From Bigelowiella natans CCMP2755 (lineage: Eukaryota; Protista; Cercozoa): a stretch of 64,000 bases of DNA. Positions within the stretch are counted from its first letter, which is position 1; every line of letters begins with the position of its first letter. A program made the position numbers and the translations under genes. Under the pieces are notes generated by a model. That model worked only from the letters and a program-made list of their open reading frames with translations, searched no databases and had not been told where the DNA came from. Positions 1 through 14,555 of this stretch are shown here, one piece after another. The stretch covers positions 31,597 through 95,596 of the forward strand of contig ADNK01000505.1 in NCBI GenBank assembly GCA_000320545.1, given 5' to 3'.

Positions 1-1130
1 CATGCGCTGTCTTTCGCATGGCTAGCTAGCTAGACTCTCTACTGATCCTGCGGCAATGCAATGGAATTGTTGCAGATTTTCCACTAGATCCTACAGAGCG
101 ATGCAGCTATACCTGTGTGCAGTGTGCAGGTGCTGCCATGCGTCGTGTGAGCTGCATGCTCGTCGCAACGCGAACTTCGTGCTCCAGTCTAGTAGTCTAG
201 TAGTGCTGGCTGCTCATCGTTCTGCCAGTCTGCACTAGTGCATGATCTCATAGCTAGCTAGTAGCTAGCTAGAGTGCATGACAGAGGACGCATCACTTTG
301 AAATGAAAAATCTAGAACTTTGAATTTTTCATCCACAGTTGAATGCACTTTTCAGCTTTCTGTGGCTTTTGTCACATGAAGACACATCCTGTTGAAACTG
401 CTGCTGGAATCGGGGCGGTCTAGCGGTGAAGAAGGCGGCCATGCAAAGATCGAGAGACACTCGGATTTGGAAGGGCATGTTGTTCTCATCATTTTTGATC
501 TCCCAGCTAGCCAGAGGGAAGTTCATGTGGAGGCAAAGACTGCGTCAAAGATTTTGCCTGCCAATCTAGCAATCCCGTGCAAAATCCAATGGGAAACAAG
601 TTAGTGGAACATGGAAAAGTTGATGGTTCTGGAACTGGACAAAAATTATAGGAAACTGCCATTCCATGATCCACGAAAAAATTTTGCTGCTAGATGTGGG
701 CAATGCTAGAATGGCGTGATCTAGGTGATGCTCCCCTGGCGATGATTTTTTTGCTGTCTTGGTGTCATTTTGACAAAGATCGTTTTGATGAAAGACGTGT
801 GCTGTGCTTGGCATTTGTCACGTTGTTGTCATTCTAGCAATGCAGTTCAGCGTAGCAGTAGGTCGTCAGTGGGCAAAATTCATGTTCCGCAATTTTTCAC
901 ACATTGCTAGATTGGCTAACCTAGCAACGCGAACAGTGGGGAAATGAAATGTGGGGTGTGGTGTGCAGTCTGCTACTCATTTGCTAGATTGCACAAATCA
1001 CAACAATCTGTGCGACACGTGACAAGTCTAGCAGTCTAGCAGTGCTAGAGTGCTGACGCTGGTTTGACGTCATGGTCACGTTCATCACAGGGCCACTGTT
1101 CAACAAGTCACATTCAGTTGCTACTCATCG
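1..1130. other. TpA-depleted, CTAG-enriched island downstream of the RPA2 stop
   Basis: Manual count over 1-1080: about 40 TA, of which about 25 are in CTAG, about 13 in CTA or TAG half-sites and only 2 in neither. Rich in TGCA/CATG, with none of the long intron-type microsatellites. Confidence 0.85.
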
Positions 1131-1222
1131 CACTTGTTGACGTACGGCGATTTACTTGATCCATTCATTGCAGATGTTCGATGTCCAAGCAAGCATGAAA
1201 AGACACAATTGTTGTTCAGTCA

Positions 1223-2419
1223 TCAAGTAACGTTTATGCACAGTTTGATGTTCATAGCTCCTAGCTCAGCCGCCAGGTACGTAAACACATACGGCATGAC
1301 GATTTTGTGGCAATTAGTAGATCCACACTGTCTGCATTTTATGACTGAACCTGACCATTAACATAATATTACAATATCGAAGGAGGAAGAACTATTATGT
1401 ATGAAAATGTGCGAAACATGGTCGTCGTCTCCAAATCAAAGAGATGATGATGATGATGATGATGATGATGATCACCATCAGTGTTATTATGACTACTTTC
1501 CAGGTTTCCTCCCATTTCGGGGGCACTAGCAACCTTTGAGATTCCTAAAGTTGTTTGACGGAAGGAACAACTTAAATTAAGGCTAAATTACCCATTAACA
1601 AACACAGTAATTCGTCGGAAGTGATTCCTTGATCATGTTGTTTGCTCAATTGCTTGCCGGCACCGGATTCAGGGCAGTTGATCTCATAGAACAGCACAAA
1701 TGGCTAGTTTGTCACTGACCTTACGACATTCCTACAACTACTACTGCTACCACAACTACAACTACAATTACAACTACATCTACAACTACAAGTTCTCACC
1801 CAGGATGCTTCCACAATCACCGCATACGTGGCAATTCGCATAGTCGGAACCCTCCACCAAGCGGTCGTACAGTAAGTAAGAACTACCATGAGCTAGCAAT
1901 GAATCTCGTTCCATCTCACCAAAACGAATGCCCCCATGGACCTGAAACATCATCATCATCATCATCGATTAGATTACATCAGGTATAAAAGCAGCAGCAG
2001 TAGTAGTAGTAGTAGCAGTAGTAGATCGGTGGTGAACCATCATGTCACCTTATTCTTCATGTTTGATATTAGTCTCTCCTCCTCCTCCTCCTTTTTTACC
2101 CTCTCATAACCACCACCAGCACCACCACACCATCATCACCACACCTTTCTTCCCTTTATCGGCTGTCGGGTGATTTTGTTTACAGGACCTGTACTCCTCA
2201 CCTTCAGTGTGAGTGGTGTGGTGGGGGGAGGGAAGGGAAGGGGGGTGAACAATTCTTTTAATAGCCAAATTTACGTGCTTTTGAGTTGCAAAACACACCA
2301 AGTACTACTGCTACTAACATAATACTGATCATCTTAATCATCATCATCATCATGGTTGAAATGACGACTGGACAAATCGACATTACAACAACACCTTGAC
2401 ACGAACAATAACGATGTTG

Positions 2420-2452
<33 letters not shown>

Positions 2453-2969
2453 ATACTACTACTGTTTGTTTGTTGTTATTGATAAATTGTAATAAGAAGT
2501 GGCAGTAGCAGTAGTGGTAGCAGTAGTATACCTGAGACTTATCGCTAACCATATGTCTCAGTCGTTGATAATACACAACCCCAATAAAGATTTCTACGCA
2601 TAAACAAATAGATGATGATGATGATGATGATGATGATGTGATTGGTTGGGAAAAGTCACGATGACGACGACGAGTACAGGATGCTGCTGCTGCTGCCACC
2701 TGCTGTAAATGGTTCCCCTGTAAATCCACTGTATAAAGTCTCATTACCCATGTAGTTGTATCTGATGGGAGGAGGAGGAGGAGGAGGAAGATAATGATGA
2801 TGCTGCTGCTGATGTTGATGTTGGTGATGACGAGGAAGAGAACTTCGATTAATTATATTGTATTTTCTTTGTATTCTATATGTGTATGTATTACTGAATT
2901 CCCTCAAAAATGTGCAGTAGGTCTAATTATACTACCATCTGAAAGCTAATTTTATGCCACTACTATTAC

Positions 2970-3003
<34 letters not shown>

Positions 3004-3320
3004 TCCTATACTAAAGCAAATAGCATACAAACAGTGCGTGCACATGTATGCGGTGACGCAAAAAAATTTTCATCAACAACCCCGCAGCAGCCAATTGCTC
3101 GCCTAAGAAATAGTTATTATAATTAATTAATTGATATGCAGCAAATTTAACCAAGCTTTCTCTTTGTATGGTGATGATGACGATGATGATGATGATAGTA
3201 CTACAAGTAGTAGTAGTACCAAAATAGTCAACTGCACGATCAGACTCAGAGAATTGGAAAGGAGTAGCATCCTGGTCTATTCCATGCATAGCACCTATGG
3301 AATGAATTATGAAGAGAGAG

Positions 3321-3374
<54 letters not shown>

Positions 3375-3792
3375 TTTCATCCTTACAAATAATAACACAT
3401 CGGAACACGAACAACGTGTATCTTATATATATTTAGTTATTACCAGCCTTCCCGGCTATGCTTTCGATAAGCATACCTAAGAGGGAGGGAAAGGAGGAGG
3501 TAGTAAGCTAGATGATGTGCAGGCATAATAGAGAAGGGAAAATAAGAACAAGAAGAAGAAGAAGAAGGATAACGAGGAATTAAGTAGGACGGCCACAAGC
3601 CACAAGGAAGACGACAAATAGATTCTATTACTACCAATACAATTACTACTTCAGATTTATTATTTCTCTTTACTTTCAAACCTCCTCCTCCTCCTTCTTC
3701 TTCTTCTCATAATCATCATTTTAATTTTATAATATCAAGGTAAATTGTCTATAGTCATTATCATCCAGAGCCCATCTCTCTCTCTCTGTGTA

Positions 3793-3832
<40 letters not shown>

Positions 3833-4213
3833 TCACGCCGTGTGGATGTGCCATAGTATAGTAATAACAATCACATTAAACTGGTGATGGTGGTAGAGGT
3901 AGTAGTAGTAGTAGTACCAATAGTCATTCTTGAAGGAAATGCGTGCGGATTGATAATAATATCTGGTTGCATCCCTGTCACACAAGAAACAACCAAGCTC
4001 ATCATCGTCGTCATCATCATCCTCATCATCTTCCCCCTCCTCCTCCTCCTCCTCCTCCTCCTTCTCCAAACCTGATTCTGAGAAAGGCATATCCGTTGCT
4101 GGGAATAAGCGCGACATAACACCTACGATGTACCATCATCAAACCATGCGATATGATGGTGATTGTCAAGGATTACAAAGTAGCAATACTGATAATGACA
4201 AATAACTATTGGG

Positions 4214-4256
<43 letters not shown>

Positions 4257-5691
4257 GACTATTGGTGATGTTGGTGGCATGGCAATGCTACTGCTAGTGA
4301 TACACCACCACACCCTTTTGGCCATGTCGAGAGGAAAACTTATCTCCAATAACCTGATGAAGAAAAAGGAGGAGGAGGGGAAGGAGGAGGATGAGAATGA
4401 TGAATGACTACATACAGTATTTCTTTCTCATCTACTACTACTACTACTACTACTGCTGCTGCTACTCTGTGACGACATAGCCCTTCATCGGTCCACTTTA
4501 ACTCTTATTTACCAACCATTCAAGCACTACTCATTGATGTTTATCATGTTTGAGAGTTGATAATATAAGGAAAGGAGGACCTATCAAACTACCACTACTA
4601 CTACTACTACTACTATTACGGACAGGGTTGCGGTTGAGAAGTAGTTTTACTCCTATCTTGGAGACATTATTTCTTCGATTCTGAGAATAATAAATAATAA
4701 CAGTAGCAGCAGTAGTAATAATAATGCGCCAATGGTAAAAGACGACACTAGCATTTATTTGTCTGCTACACAGAACGAAGAAAGCATATTTATTCTCAGA
4801 TATATTTGTACTTTTGATCTGTTTGATAATGATGATGATGATGATGACTTTTGGATATTGATGCTATAGCAACAACAACTCAACTAATCTACTAACCCTG
4901 AGTAAGACTCGCACTTCCTGAACAATACACTTTTCTGTGACACCTTTTAGCTTCACTAATCAATTACAAAAAACAATAGTTTGTTAGATCAATATTGGAT
5001 GCATTATCTACATTACAATAGTATGTAAGATCAATTTTGAATGCAGGGTAGATAATGAGCAAACAATAATGATGATTCAATGTTAATGATATATGTCTAC
5101 TATATATTAACGACATTTAATGACTATCATCATCATCATCAGCAGCAGCAGCAACAAGCATCATTATTTCCATACACCACCTATGATTTTCCTCTTCCTT
5201 AGGTTGTCAATAATACCTGCATCATCATGTAATTTTAAGTGGTAGGACTACAACGAGTATGCTCATTTTAATTCGCTTTGTTAGTCATTTCTTTGATGTT
5301 TACGCGGTATATGACATGACAAGAATAGGACAACAATTTGGTGACTGACTGACTGACTCACATTGTGCATAAATGAGTAATAGCAAGGTCTTAATAAATA
5401 CATAGAATACGCAGTAGTACATGCGAGAGGCTCTCCAGGCTTAACAGTCATTCCGACTTTGGGAAGGCCTGAATCATAATAATCATAATAATAAACCACA
5501 ATAACAACAAATGCATCATCAAACAAGAGCTTAGCTTAAATTATGATGATGATGATGACCACAACGCTACCCCCCCCTTCTCTCTTACCGTCGAGATCCA
5601 GAGATTCTACCAGCTTCCTCTTTCCTCCCCTCTTTTGATTATTTCTGATTGTTTGGTTGTGTCATCATATTGTTAATTCAGACGGAATATA

Positions 5692-5723
<32 letters not shown>

Positions 5724-5963
5724 CATGAGAGTAATGTTTGATGATCTAGGCAATTAATTAATAAAATCCCATATATGAGTGGTGGTTAGAGTTAGTTGCT
5801 GGTACTGACGTTTTGTTCATCGTTGGAAAGCAATTTCCGAAGTGATGGTATGACTCCTCACCTGGCAAAGAAACAGTGCATCACCATCATACTGAACCCT
5901 CACCACCGTTGTCGCGGTGTTATAATTATAATCATCATCATCATCATCATTATCATCATCAGC

Positions 5964-5996
<33 letters not shown>

Positions 5997-6992
5997 ATAA
6001 TAATGGTGATATTGTAGGTTGGCAGGTTATGATAAATTACCACGATCAAAATGATCAGTGATATCAACGGTCTTGAATTTATACACAGAGCCTACATTGT
6101 GATAATGAATGATGATGATCATAGTTAGGATATAGTTCATCATAAATAATCATGATGATAATAATAATAATAATAATAATAATAATAGCAAAGCTTCTAG
6201 ACCAATGTAGATAATGAAAGAAAATGAAAGAGTCGCAATTAATGAGAATTGTGTGTTACGATATATAATGATGATGATGAATGATGATGATGACCATGGC
6301 CAAAACCACGCTCATAAGCCGATTTGTTAATTATCATAGCGTCTTCCATATCGTAGCCCTGAAAAGAGGAAATAGAAGAAGAAGAAGAAGAAGAAGAAGA
6401 AGAAGATCAAAGACCAAAGAGTAAGAAGTCATATTGGGAAGAATACAAGAAAGAATTAACAGTATATGATGTATTTGTATGATTCAGATTATTGAGTTAT
6501 TGAGTGTTTGATTGATTGATTAGTGTTACCGTGTACGCAAGAACAGCTACAACAGCATTGCAACCAATTGGGTACTCATCCATGCCGTATAGTGTCAAAT
6601 TCTGAGCATCATTATGATGATTATGATGATTATTATGATGATGATGATGATAAATGATGATGATTGATGAAGCAGCAGTAGTAGTAGTAGTAGTACCTTG
6701 TTTCTCACGATAGGCCTTTGTGGTGTTTGGAGACGATATAATGTATTGTCACTCCTGATTTCAAAGACGAAGAATAACATCTTGTTATATCAACGGAGTA
6801 GTATATCACATATAAAGAGATACAGTTAGTTACATGAATACGTAAGAAACACAGTATATTAACATACCTATCTGGAAACGAGTGGAGTGGGTGTCCCATA
6901 CTTTGTTTACCTGTGGTTGTTGTTGTTGATGATGATGATCATCATCATTTATTGTTGTAAGAAGTAGCAATAAATCATCGATCAATACTGTC

Positions 6993-7032
<40 letters not shown>

Positions 7033-7267
7033 GTGAGCTCTGATTACCCATCTGGCACTGATACATATTCCTTGGACTTTGGTTGAAATCACTGAAAGGC
7101 GTAAGGGAAGCTACCAAACTCAGCATGTAGGCAGGGTTGATCTCTTGATGGGAAAATGAGCCTCCCTGACCAACAGCAAGAACAAACAAAAATAAGATGA
7201 AGAACAAACAAGTACAGAACAAAAAGATTAAGAAAGTACTGTACAAACGCATACACAACACACACAC

Positions 7268-7310
<43 letters not shown>

Positions 7311-7362
7311 TTAGCAGTAATAACGGACGAAGAAAAATGTAACTTTTATTTAGCATACACGT

Positions 7363-7423
<61 letters not shown>

Positions 7424-7930
7424 TGTGTGCGTGTGTTGTGCATCAATTCTTTCTGTTTCTGTTTTTCTCCTCTTCTTTTCCATCATCAAATGCAAATCAG
7501 GGTTGGTTATCATCGGTTGCATTTGAACAGCTTCTGCTGCTGCTAATGGTGTCGTCGTCTATTTGCTGTGTTGCCTATCTTCTTCTTCTTCTTCTTCTTC
7601 TTCTTCTGTCGTCTTGTAGCTCTATATATTTTTTCTATCAAGCTATGCTATTTTCATATTATGCTGCTGCTGCTGCTGCTGTTGTGGCCCTTTATGTTGA
7701 TGTCATCACCATGTATGAGTGTTAGTTGTTGTTGTTGTTGTTGTTGTTGTTCGTACGTCTTGAAAGTCTTCTTCTGTGCAAGCTATAGCCATAAAACACT
7801 GTTCCATAGGCCCCACCCACTCAATTGCTGCTTTAGGCGGAAGAAGAACATCGCTTGCGAAATCTTCCCTTTCTCGTTGATTGTAGTACGTCTCCCAATT
7901 TACCCTATTATCATCGATGTCTTGTTCCAT

Positions 7931-7962
<32 letters not shown>

Positions 7963-8130
7963 GAGGAGTAGGATGAGAAGAAGACGACGATGATCCCCCC
8001 TTAGATGTGGAAATCTTCAGATTATAAATCTAACAACAAAAAACAACAACGTTAAAACAAAATACAGCTATATTCCATGTCAACGGAGAGAATATTAAGA
8101 AAAAATGAAGATACGTGGACAAGATTGACG

Positions 8131-8167
<37 letters not shown>

Positions 8168-8279
8168 TGTGTGTGTTTTCTTCTTATATATCTTCTATTT
8201 CTTGTTGTGTTGTTGGATATGTGCAGCTTTGTGTCCTTCTTCTTCTTCTTCTTCTTCTTCTATATGCAGCAGCCATTAG

Positions 8280-8316
<37 letters not shown>

Positions 8317-9055
8317 GAGCAACCGGACGGATGAAACGAGCAGGAGTAGTAGCAAGGTATATGCCTTTGATGATGATGATTCAATAACAACACAACAATC
8401 TTTGGTTAGCGGTTAGACTCTCTCTCTCTCTCTCATTCTCACACATATATCATCATCTATTATTGCTCAGACAACTGCAACCTGTTTTTATGTCAACTTA
8501 ATGACTACTATTCATTCTCATATATATATTACTATAAGTACCATTTCACACAGTGTGACACATCATCATTGCTACTGTAAACACCACCACTTAACAACAA
8601 CAACAACAACAATAACTACCTGGGAAGACCCTGTCACTTAAATCCTAAAAGATAATTAAATAAATAAACAACAATGTGTGACTACTAGCATTGGTGATGG
8701 GAAAAAAACAACAACAATAACAATAACAACAACAACAATCGTCCTTATATATTTACATACACTCATATATACATACTAATGAGATAACAACGACCGACAA
8801 TTAAATACGAGGACAAATAAGAAGAAAAGGATTATGATGAAATAAAGAGATGTAGTAGTATTAGCAGCAGCATAATAAGCACACACCTTGATGATAACAG
8901 CTTCTAAATGGAAGGGAATCAACTCATCTCTTTCAATCTTCAGTTTTCTGATAGATGATGATGGTAAAGAGAGACAGACACGCACACACACACACACATA
9001 CACACACACATAAAGAGTTACGTACGTACGTAGTACGACAATAATGTTTATGTTT

Positions 9056-9088
<33 letters not shown>

Positions 9089-9091
9089 CAC

Positions 9092-9126
<35 letters not shown>

Positions 9127-10794
9127 AAGAGCTACGTACGTTAATTAGTACGACAATAATGTTTATGTTTTTCTTCTGCTGGTAATCATGATCCACTACG
9201 GTTGGTGTTGATGTTGATGTTGATGTCTCTTCTACTACTACTACTACTACTACTACTATCATCATCATCATCATCATCTTTACCGTATGCATTGCTCAAT
9301 ATGATCAACGTTCTTTATCTCCAAATATCCCACCAACACGCCATCAAGGCAAACAACCACGTACTCAGCTCCTAATCTGAAATAGGCTATCTATCAGCTA
9401 AGATCATCATCATGATCATGATGATAACACCAAACCTGCTGGCCTTCTGTATAGGAAGCATTCCTGGTAAACAGGTAATAGCAGATAAGTTGGAGGAGGA
9501 TGTGTGTGATAATTATAACATTTAATGAAATTGTTGTTGATACGATGATGATGGTGATGATGATGATGACAGTCTGGAGAACAATAATAATAATTCTAAT
9601 AATATGTGCAGTCAGGAAAAACTCATATTTCTTTGCTTGGAAATGAACTTCCTCCTCCTCCTCCTCCTCCTCCTCCTCCTCCTCCTCCTCTTCCCCCCCC
9701 CCCCCTCTCAAATATTCATCATCATCACCATATGTCGTTGTCATCATCCTAGAATAACGAACATCCAACAAATCATCATCATCATCATTCTTTTTCTAGT
9801 ATTTTTATTATCAGCAATGCTGCTCGCTCTTGATCATAATTAATAATAATTATATTTTTTTTTTCAGGGATTTCTGCTGCTTCTTCTTCTTGTTCTGTCT
9901 GGTTATTCTGTGGTGGTTTGGTCATCACCCTGATCTCTTAAATAACGTAGAAATGGTGCCTAAACAACGTATCATAAATATACACGTCATAGAAGGCAGC
10001 AGCACTCTCCTTGTTCTTTCATGGCCTGGTCATCGTCGTCATCATCATCATCATCCTCATACATTCTACTACTTATTATTCTTATTACTACTACTACTAG
10101 TAGTAGTAGTACCTGATCAAATTCTGGGGTGTGTGTGACTATTTGACACATTGCTGCGAGATGATTTAACAACCCACATGGGGAACCATCAGGCGTGTGG
10201 ACAGGGCAAAGGAATCCCCTTTGATTGTTTGCAAAGAGAGAGGAGAGGAGGTAACACAACACAACACAACACAACACACACACACACAAACAAGGAATAA
10301 ACGAATGAAATAATTGGAGAGGATTGGTTTGTATATTCTTCCCTAATGATGGTGGATTATGTTGATCAAGTCGTTTTTCCACAAAAACACGAAGTAGTAA
10401 GGAGAAGAACCATGATTCTGGCAGCAGTTTTCGAACAGCTGTCGTTTTCATCTCTGTGAAGAACTGTCCTCGATGTACACTCCTACAACATATTATACAA
10501 TCATGATGATAATGATAATGATGATGATGATGATGCAAAAGATATAGTAATGTAACATTATCATGCCATAATATGAATATATGGTATTATGCGTACTACT
10601 ACTACTTCTACCACTACTACTACACCTGAAGTGCGACAGATATCGGAAGTAGTTCAGCTTATCCCCGACTATGGTAAATCCAGTCGTTTGCATCAGATCT
10701 AAGCCGGTGTTTGACTGCAAGTTGCCTAAAACATATGCAGCAGCAACAACAACAACAACAACATACATGAAGTATTATAGCCTTCAAGTGTAGT

Positions 10795-10828
<34 letters not shown>

Positions 10829-11047
10829 CGAATAATAAAACAACCAACCAACCAACCAACCGGTGTTTGTGTTTATGTTTGTGTACAACAAACAACACAA
10901 CAGTACCTGTGCTAATAAGGTACTTGACCCTGTCACCAACCTAAGTTATTACATTACAATGATCATAGATAACAACAGACCACAAAATAAGATGTAAGAA
11001 GGCGGCGGAGAAAACGAGGACGACATATTATTATGCTCCTTTCCTTG

Positions 11048-11085
<38 letters not shown>

Positions 11086-11453
11086 CGATGGTGTATTATT
11101 TACTATGTGTGGTAGTAGTAGTAGTAGTAGTAGTAGTAGTTGTTATCTGGGTATTATGGTATGGCAGAAGAAGAGAGAGAAAACAATTCATTAATATACA
11201 ATTGACATCACAAATTGATTGCGCTGCTGGCTGGTGGAAGATATGCTATTGTTTGTTTTCTCTGCACATATCTGGAAAAATGTGGACAATGTTGTCGTAT
11301 TGTTACTAGGTATTATTTAATTATTCGAGTGATTAGCTGCTACCCTATTAGCCTTAGCATTCACAAGTTTCTTGATGTATTCTTCGCGGTGTAAACTCTC
11401 AATTCTGTGTGCAGGTAGTAATAGTAATAGTAGTAGTAGTATAATTAATAACA

Positions 11454-11494
<41 letters not shown>

Positions 11495-12615
11495 TCTTAC
11501 TTGCTATACTGATATCTATCCTATGTGTGCAATTCTTATCGAAAACAGGACAACGATGATAACTGCAATAATAACAACAATGGTGTGAGAGATTATTTAT
11601 TCCGTGTTGGGAGTAGTAGTAGTAGTAGTAGTAGTAGTAGCAGCAGCAGTTTTAAGTTAGCCTCCTCACCGTTTCATACGCATATCACGTTCCAAATTGT
11701 CCTTCACACCGAAAATAAGGTCTTGAAGCTGTAAATGGCGGATATCATAATAAACAACAAGAGGAAGGAGAAGAAGAAGAAATTGGATAATCATATTTTT
11801 AATAACAGTGATGATAGACAGATAGTAATACCTTTTCTCGCACAACCATAAGAACAAGATGACCAGGAAGGAGAACCTCGTGAGCGCTCAATGCATCAGC
11901 GTTTTCCGGTTTAATATCACCCTTAGCCAAGCTGTAAAGCTTCTTTATGATGAGCAGGAGAAGATGAAACTTTGACGTGTTTCTGTTCGAGTCTTTACTA
12001 CTAATATGGACAAAGAGCTGGTGGTCTGTAGTAGTAGCAGCAGCAGCATCAATCATCATCAGTAAATAGTAAATAGATGATGATGATGATGATGATGTGA
12101 AAACCAACCGAGAAGGTGATGAGCGATTTGCTTATTTGTTGTTGATTGCGGAAGCTCTGAGAATATCGATCGAAACACCTACCAACAGTAAAAAAGAAGA
12201 AGAAGAAGCATTCCTCAAAAACAAGAAAGAAGACTAGAGAAGAACAGAGAGTAGTGCTATATATTGTTCATTACATCCCTCAATGTGATGATGATGATTG
12301 CTGATGATGATGATGATGATTGCTGATGATGATGATGATGATGATGGTGTGTCGCTAATGCGGTGGCATCATCACCATCTTCATCATCATCATCATCATC
12401 ATCATTATCATTGTCATAAACATGCACTCATCACAGCCCCTATATCAATAGATGACTCCCCACAATCTTTTTGTTATGTAAAGAATAATACTACTACTAA
12501 TAATAATAATAATTTATTAGGGTTTATTCTTCTTCTTCCTCTTCTTCTTCTTCTTCTTCCTCTTACCGAGCCGAGATAAGAAAGCACATCGTCCCTAGTC
12601 TTGAACCTTGCGGTG

Positions 12616-12658
<43 letters not shown>

Positions 12659-12771
12659 ATGAGGACATCAATACTATGCAGCACGCATACATGCAGCATC
12701 ATACACGCAAGAAGTGGGGCGGTTACATTCAAGCAACCACCTATGCTGTCGTAGCATGCTTTCCACACCTA

Positions 12772-12805
<34 letters not shown>

Positions 12806-13455
12806 CGTAACGTAATATTAGTGAGAAACCATATCGTAGTAGTAGTAGTCGTAGTAGTAGTAGTAGTCGTAGTAGTAGTAGTAGTCGTAACGTAATATTA
12901 GTGAGAAACCATATCGTAGTCGTCAATATGACGATCATCGTCATCATTATCATCATCATCATCATTATCATCATCCTCTCTCCTCTTCTAACACCTACGT
13001 GATGATATCCATTGATCATCTTGGCCTCCTGATGGTACTCCTCCTTCCTTTTCTCTATTACTACTACTACTACTACTCCCCTTTTCTCTTCCTGTTTTAG
13101 TTTTATTTCCGACAATACCAAGATACACCTGATGGAGTTACATTCCAACCACAATGTTGTTTGTATTGTATTGTATTGTATTGTATGGAACAAATAGTAT
13201 ATAACAACTGATAGGTTGCCTACCCTCCTATTATGGCCCTCCTCGTTGTTGTCCTCCCCCCCCCTTCAACTTCAAACTACTTCTCATGCTATACACTACC
13301 ACACTAATATGCATTTGCTGTAGCTGATCTTGCTTTTTTGTTTCAACAGCAGTAGCAGTAGCAGTAGTAGTAGCAGTAGGAGTACCTCTTTGGCCGTCGT
13401 CTCTCTCAGTGCAAATATCAGCATAGTAGCTGGGATGAAGAACTCCTGTATGATT

Positions 13456-13490
<35 letters not shown>

Positions 13491-14519
13491 AACAAAAGAT
13501 AACAACAAAAGAGATGGTGATGACGATGACCAACATGATGGGCAGTGAAAAGGAGGAAAATAGGAAGAAAAACAGTAAAAAGAACAACTACTGCAGCAGC
13601 TAGTAACTACTACAATCAGTCAGTAGCAGGTGATGATGACCACTTACTTGTCGCTTAATGATGAGACGTATCTTGCAAGATCCATTCTTCAGATAGTGAG
13701 CTGTGACTGTGTGTGATGTCTGGCCCTCTCTCTTTACACAACGCATCTGAATAACAACAATCAGAACATGATGATGATGATGGTGGTGATGGTGATGACG
13801 ATGATAGTAATATAATGAGATAGTACCTGTGTTGCGAAGTGTGAGAAATGAGGTCCACGATTTGTAAAGGAAGGCCGGATCAAACCAACGATGTGGTTTC
13901 TGTTATCAACAAATCAATGTGTGTGTGTGTGTGTGTGTGTGCGTGTGTATTGTATAACACAGTACAGGAAGAAGATAACCTTAGGCTTCGACGCAAAAAA
14001 TAAGAAATCTATTTATATGATAGCTCTGCTAATTAAGATTGGTCTTTAATCTGAAGATGTTCTGCTGTCGTCTGCTTGCATCGACTAGTATTAATCACAT
14101 TGATTTAGTAGTAGTAGCGTCATCATCTATTACCTTCGGGGCTGAATCAATAACCGCATAATCCTCTCTGCCCCATTCACAATGAAGTATCTTTGAACAA
14201 CAATCATAAAATAATAAGAATAATTATGATAATAATGATAAGGATCAAAATGAAGATGATCACTAGAGAAGAAGAGACCACAACAAGAAAGAGATGAGGA
14301 ATGGAAGAAGAAGAAGAAGAAAGTATACAGCACAATCTTGATCATCATCACCATCATCATAATCTGATCATGTGTTGGATAGTACCCTCCCTGCTCTGTT
14401 GGCTCCTCGTGCACATAAGGCAGCATATCAGCTGAAAGTCCTTTCAGATGACATCGATTGGATCCAACCATAATCGGCATGTCGCCTAATTGGATTGTGT
14501 TGTGGTGGTGGTGGTTTAC

Positions 14520-14555
<36 letters not shown>

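Noticed and set aside
1-1130. CpG methylation decay or fungal RIP as the cause of the islands
   Set aside because: CpG remains common in the islands, and RIP would raise TpA rather than remove it.
9950-10030. Possible GA-AG intron in RPA2 (AMKEQ exon)
   Set aside because: A canonical GT-AG path giving FDQ|[11 protein letters not shown] fits the protein better.
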